Positions 59,776 to 64,000 of a stretch of 64,000 bases of DNA are shown here, piece after piece. The translations under genes and the position numbers were made by a program. The stretch's first letter is position 1, and each line of letters starts with the position of its first letter. Location: the NCBI GenBank assembly GCA_964016885.1, contig OZ024743.1:41912001-41976000 (forward strand). Reading direction: 5' to 3'. This stretch comes from Eledone cirrhosa (lineage: Eukaryota). The notes under the pieces are model-generated. The model ran no database searches. It saw only the letters and a program-made list of their open reading frames with translations, and was not told where the DNA came from.

Positions 59776-60609
59776 TATCATATTTAAATAATTATAACAT
59801 ATTTAAAATAATTGTGATATAACAATTCGTAGTACAAATGGGACATAAAGCACCAGGCTTTTAACTCTCAGGAAATTCGGATCCATAATATCCTGTTATA
59901 TCGCTCAAATATTCAATTTTGTATTATAAATTTTATATTCAAAAAAGAAAATGGAAGATAAGCCCCTCTGACTACACTATATAGAACAGCCAAATAACAA
60001 CAATTTTACCAACACCACAAACTAGATACACCACCTATCCCATCACCCATATGTGTACACTAAATACAACAGCCAGATATCGGTAATTTCACCACCACCA
60101 ATCCCAGCATAATAATTTTAATTACTATAATTGTATATCAAGTTTTCTCAAAATGTTTAATTCAAATATTAATGAAATATTTCAACACATATATTAAACA
60201 TACGCGACAAACCGCATAGATACACATGTCAAACCAACGCATACTACTACAGTCTATTCAACAAAACTCAGTAACGACAACACCATCACTATAGTCACCG
60301 CCGCCACCACTCCATCATTGCTACCACTATCCCATCACCGCCGCCATCACTCCTTCATTGCTACCACCACAATTCCCCCACTACCTTCTGTTAACTTAAG
60401 AAATGGGAAGGTGGCGTTATCACTAGAAAAGTTAGAGGCTAGCAAAATATATAAATAGACTGACTTAGTGACCCGGTCAAACATCAACTACATTGGCACT
60501 GCTGGATCCCCCCTTCCCCACCAACAATATAAAAAGCTTCAGCACCCCCCACCGACATAGCCAACAACAATAACAGGCAACTTCAAAAAAAGTATATTAT
60601 ATTATTAAT

Positions 60610-62460
60610 TTCATTCTTACGCTAAGCAATGCTCACATTAAGGAACCACTCATGATAATAACAATTTAAAAAAACAACAAAAAAGAAAACCCGGTGACCA
60701 AGCAATACCGGGATGGCGGCCGGCGGGGAATAGCCGTGTCTCTAGGGAGGACGACCTCTCTAGTCTTAGTTGACACTCGTCCTAGAAGTGGTAACACGGA
60801 ATGATTACCCCTAGGAGATTAAGGATAAAATGCGACAAAATAAAATAAATGTCAAATGATAAACTCTCATACCGGATCGGCCGTCACCCGGGTCAAAAAG
60901 GGCCGCGTCCCTCAGAAAGGAACCAGACTGGCGTCGAAAAAATTAGCTAATGGTTCAAACCTTACCATCACTTCGGAGCTGGAGACCTCCCATAACCGGA
61001 ATACTCCTACTGTTGTCCCTTCATGCTCACCACCAAGAAACCCAAAGAAAAAGAGAGAACAATGGTCAAGGGAAGACAATAAAGAAGTCATTGTGGCTTT
61101 CTACACTGCCAGGTACTACCCATCAAATAAATCGAATACAGAACAGACATATATCAACTGGAAAAAGAAACATCCCGAAAACAGAGGCTATATTGACAGT
61201 AACAAACTAGCCAATATAGGAAAAAATATTGTTAAAAAAAGTAAAGTTACTAATTGATATAGAAATTGATCAGAACTAGCTATTACCACAAAGTCAGCGA
61301 ATGGAAAATGAAACATGTGTCAGTGAAAACGAGGTAAATTGTAACACTTCGAATCCCAGGTTTGGGGTGGAATCACTGACAAAAGAACAAATTAAAGAAA
61401 GGATCGAAAAAGTGGAGGGAGAACATGCTCAAGATGAGGCTCAAAATGAAAACAATGAGATCGTAAATGATAAAGAAATGAATGAGAATGAACTTGCCAA
61501 CTTGAAGGATGAAATTATGATCGAATGGATGAAAATGAAAGAATCTGACATGGGGTAACGAGCCACTCTCCCTAAGATCCAGAACTCCAAACAGAACCAA
61601 AAGATAATACACAACACTAACATAATTCTCAAAAACATTATCATCACAAACAAACTAAACATTACTGATTTAAATCATCTTTATTATGCATCGTCTAAAG
61701 TCACCATTCACTTATGAGGAGTGAAAATGAAAAAAAAAAAGTAATTCCCACAAGAAATCTACTTGGCAAAAGAACATCTATCGTCAAATAAACCTTCTCC
61801 GATCTGACATAGACATTTTAACGAACTACAAAGTAGGTGAACATGTTAAACAAACTAAACTTAGAAAATTGAAAAGAAAATACAGTATAAAATCAACAAG
61901 TGAAATAGACATGCTGATAGAAATAATAAAGCAAAAAGTGTCGGCCAAAGCAGCTCGTATAAGGCGCTTTGATAAACGATCTAGATTATATAAGGACAAT
62001 AATATGTTCAAAAACAACCAAATAAATTTCTACAGAAAAATTGGCAAGTCAACAATCTGCTAAATCAATACCACCCAAGGAGGAAGTACAAGGATTCTGG
62101 GAAAAGATCTGGGCCGAAGAAAAGGTTCATAGTATACATGCCCCATGGATATACAGACAAATGAAAGATACAGCTCACCTTGAGGAACAAATATGGGAAA
62201 ATATAACAGTTCAACAGTTGCCTTTGGCTCTTAGAAAAAACAGCAAATGGAAATCCCCAAGAAAAGAAAAAATATCAAATTTTCGGATAAATACCTTCAC
62301 AGAGTCTCATGAGCTATTAGCCCAACTTTACAATGAAATAGTTAAGGAGCCAGAAAAGATACCATCATGGCTATTTAACGGCATTACATTCCTGCTTCCG
62401 AAGAATGATGAGACAAACAATCCCAAAAATTACAGACCGATAACTTGCTTGACCACAACT
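60610..62460 (+). mobile_element. 5' portion of a second R4/Dong-clade element
   Basis: WSREDNKEV..FY, AKAARIRRFDKR...NNMF, FWEKIW, WKSP and PKNYRPITCL, where it ends abruptly. Confidence 0.85.
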
Positions 62461-63105
62461 GGCAACGCTCCCCGGTAGCACTGCCAGGCCAGGGTTTTAT
62501 GGAAGTTATCCATAGGTCCTGGGCTGAAAGTTTTCCAGAAGAAAGCAAACAGCTAATCGTCTTCGACGCCCAGGATCTCTCCGAGAACGTCGTCGCGCTT
62601 CCCCTCCACTAGTCATTTATAGAACCCCGAGGTGAATGGTCCACCGATACTGGTGCCCAGCTGGCAGAGGGCGCTGCGCGCCTGGAGACATTCCAGTTTC
62701 GAAGCGCTATCCCTCGGTCTTTTCCTGACCCAGGACTGCAGCTCCGTCAAGGAGACGAGCTGTAGGAAAACGTGCCTGGCGAACGGCGACCACACTTGTT
62801 CACTGTCAAGGAAGCACCAGAGATGTCGCAGCCTCAGCGTTTGTTGCGCATCATCAGCCATGGCATGCCCAGACCTCTACGCAACGTGTGTTGACAGCAT
62901 ATGGATTGTCTGATAATGGGAGCGCGTCCTTTACACAAAAAGCGGAGAGGAGGCGCTCCATTTTGGTGAGAGTTGGGCCGGAGCAAGGAACGACGGTGAG
63001 GCGGTAGCAGATGACGTATGCGATGTACGCATTCGCCCCTCTGCCCGGCCTTTCAAGGACAGCTTCCCCTTGGCCCATTTCTGTATTAGGCACCACATAC
63101 ATAAC
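62461..63105 (-). mobile_element. GC-rich L1/Tx1-like LINE fragment (post-RT region)
   Basis: YVICYRLTVVPC...LTKMERLL, then a shifted frame FLCKGR...ICCQH..RRGLGMP, resembling the FLW.G...GGLG motif. Confidence 0.6.
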
Positions 63106-63595
63106 CGTACCTATATGATTTGGGGGTCTTTTTTTAATATCCAGCTGTTAATTAAGTGTCGACACCATTATATTAGCTCTGTACCGATCGAACCATAGGA
63201 AAATAGGGAGACTAGAGAGATCCCATACATATTTTACCAGTTCAATGCAATTAAAAGCAATTTTACCTCCTTTTGTGTGTGTTTCTCATTTCACTACAAA
63301 CTGCCATTGTATAACTAGCCTTATAAATAATGTAAAAATAAAACACTCACAAAAGAAACTAAATAAATCAAAGCACTTTTAAACCGAGCATTCTCTTAAA
63401 TGAGCTTTCTCTGAATATATAGCCATTGTTCCAAGCAGATCCTAAACAACCACAGTGTGGCTATAAAAACAACAAAAATCAAAACAAAACAAAGGCATGA
63501 CGCTTAATATATGAATATTCCATGATCTTACAACTTCCCGTGAATATAAATTATGTATATATAACAATGGTCAGTGGTTAGCCTGTATTATTTCC

Positions 63596-63776
63596 ATTGG
63601 CAGTATCGGTAGAGGGTCGGACACCATGCTTTCCAGCATAGTTACGTCCCTTTACGATCTTAGTTCAAATCCCGCCGAGGTTGACTTTGCCTTTCATCCT
63701 TACGGGGTCGATAAAATAAAGTACCAGTAATGCACTGGGGAATTTCTGGCCTTGTGCGTAAAGTAGAAACAATTAT
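63596..63776 (+). mobile_element. tRNA-derived SINE, TSD ATTATTTCCAT
   Basis: TSD at 63587-63597 and 63772-63782. Confidence 0.9.
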
Positions 63777-64000
63777 TTCCATGTGATTTTAGTATGATGT
63801 GACTTCTTTATATGAGACAAGCAAGTCCATAACGCTTTCATAACATATATGGGTGTGCATGTGTGTATGTATAATGCATATATGTATAGTGCTCAGGTAT
63901 ATGGCATAATAATACATATATTTATATATATGTGTGTGTGTGTGTGTGTTTGTGTGCGTGTGTGTGTATAAGTCAGAATTAGAAACAGCATTGAAATGTT

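Overview
AT-rich, microsatellite-dense eukaryotic intergenic or intronic DNA. The (TA)n/(CA)n/(GA)n tracts and SINE types suggest an invertebrate, probably octopus (inference). No host protein-coding gene is evident, and most ORF-track entries are microsatellite artefacts. The window is a mosaic of transposable elements: two lineages of Penelope-like elements (PLEs; RT + GIY-YIG), one nearly intact at 49562-52094, plus RTE, R4/Dong, HERO-like, CR1-like, CRE-like and L1/Tx1-like LINE remnants, a tRNA-derived SINE family with ATTAT-initiated TSDs, and Helitron ends. The main signal is about 30 type I hammerhead ribozyme (HHR) motifs from roughly a dozen families, read by eye as stem I-CUGANGA-stem II-GAAA-stem III-UH-stem I'. 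They lie in short non-coding, (TA)n-flanked elements that show fold-back inversions, terminal redundancy and circular permutation. The largest is a 310-bp-unit array folded into a ~2.2-kb palindrome with 9 HHRs (9716-12307). This looks like a diverse population of retrozyme-like non-autonomous RNAs mobilised by PLEs. All structures were folded manually and no activity is demonstrated.
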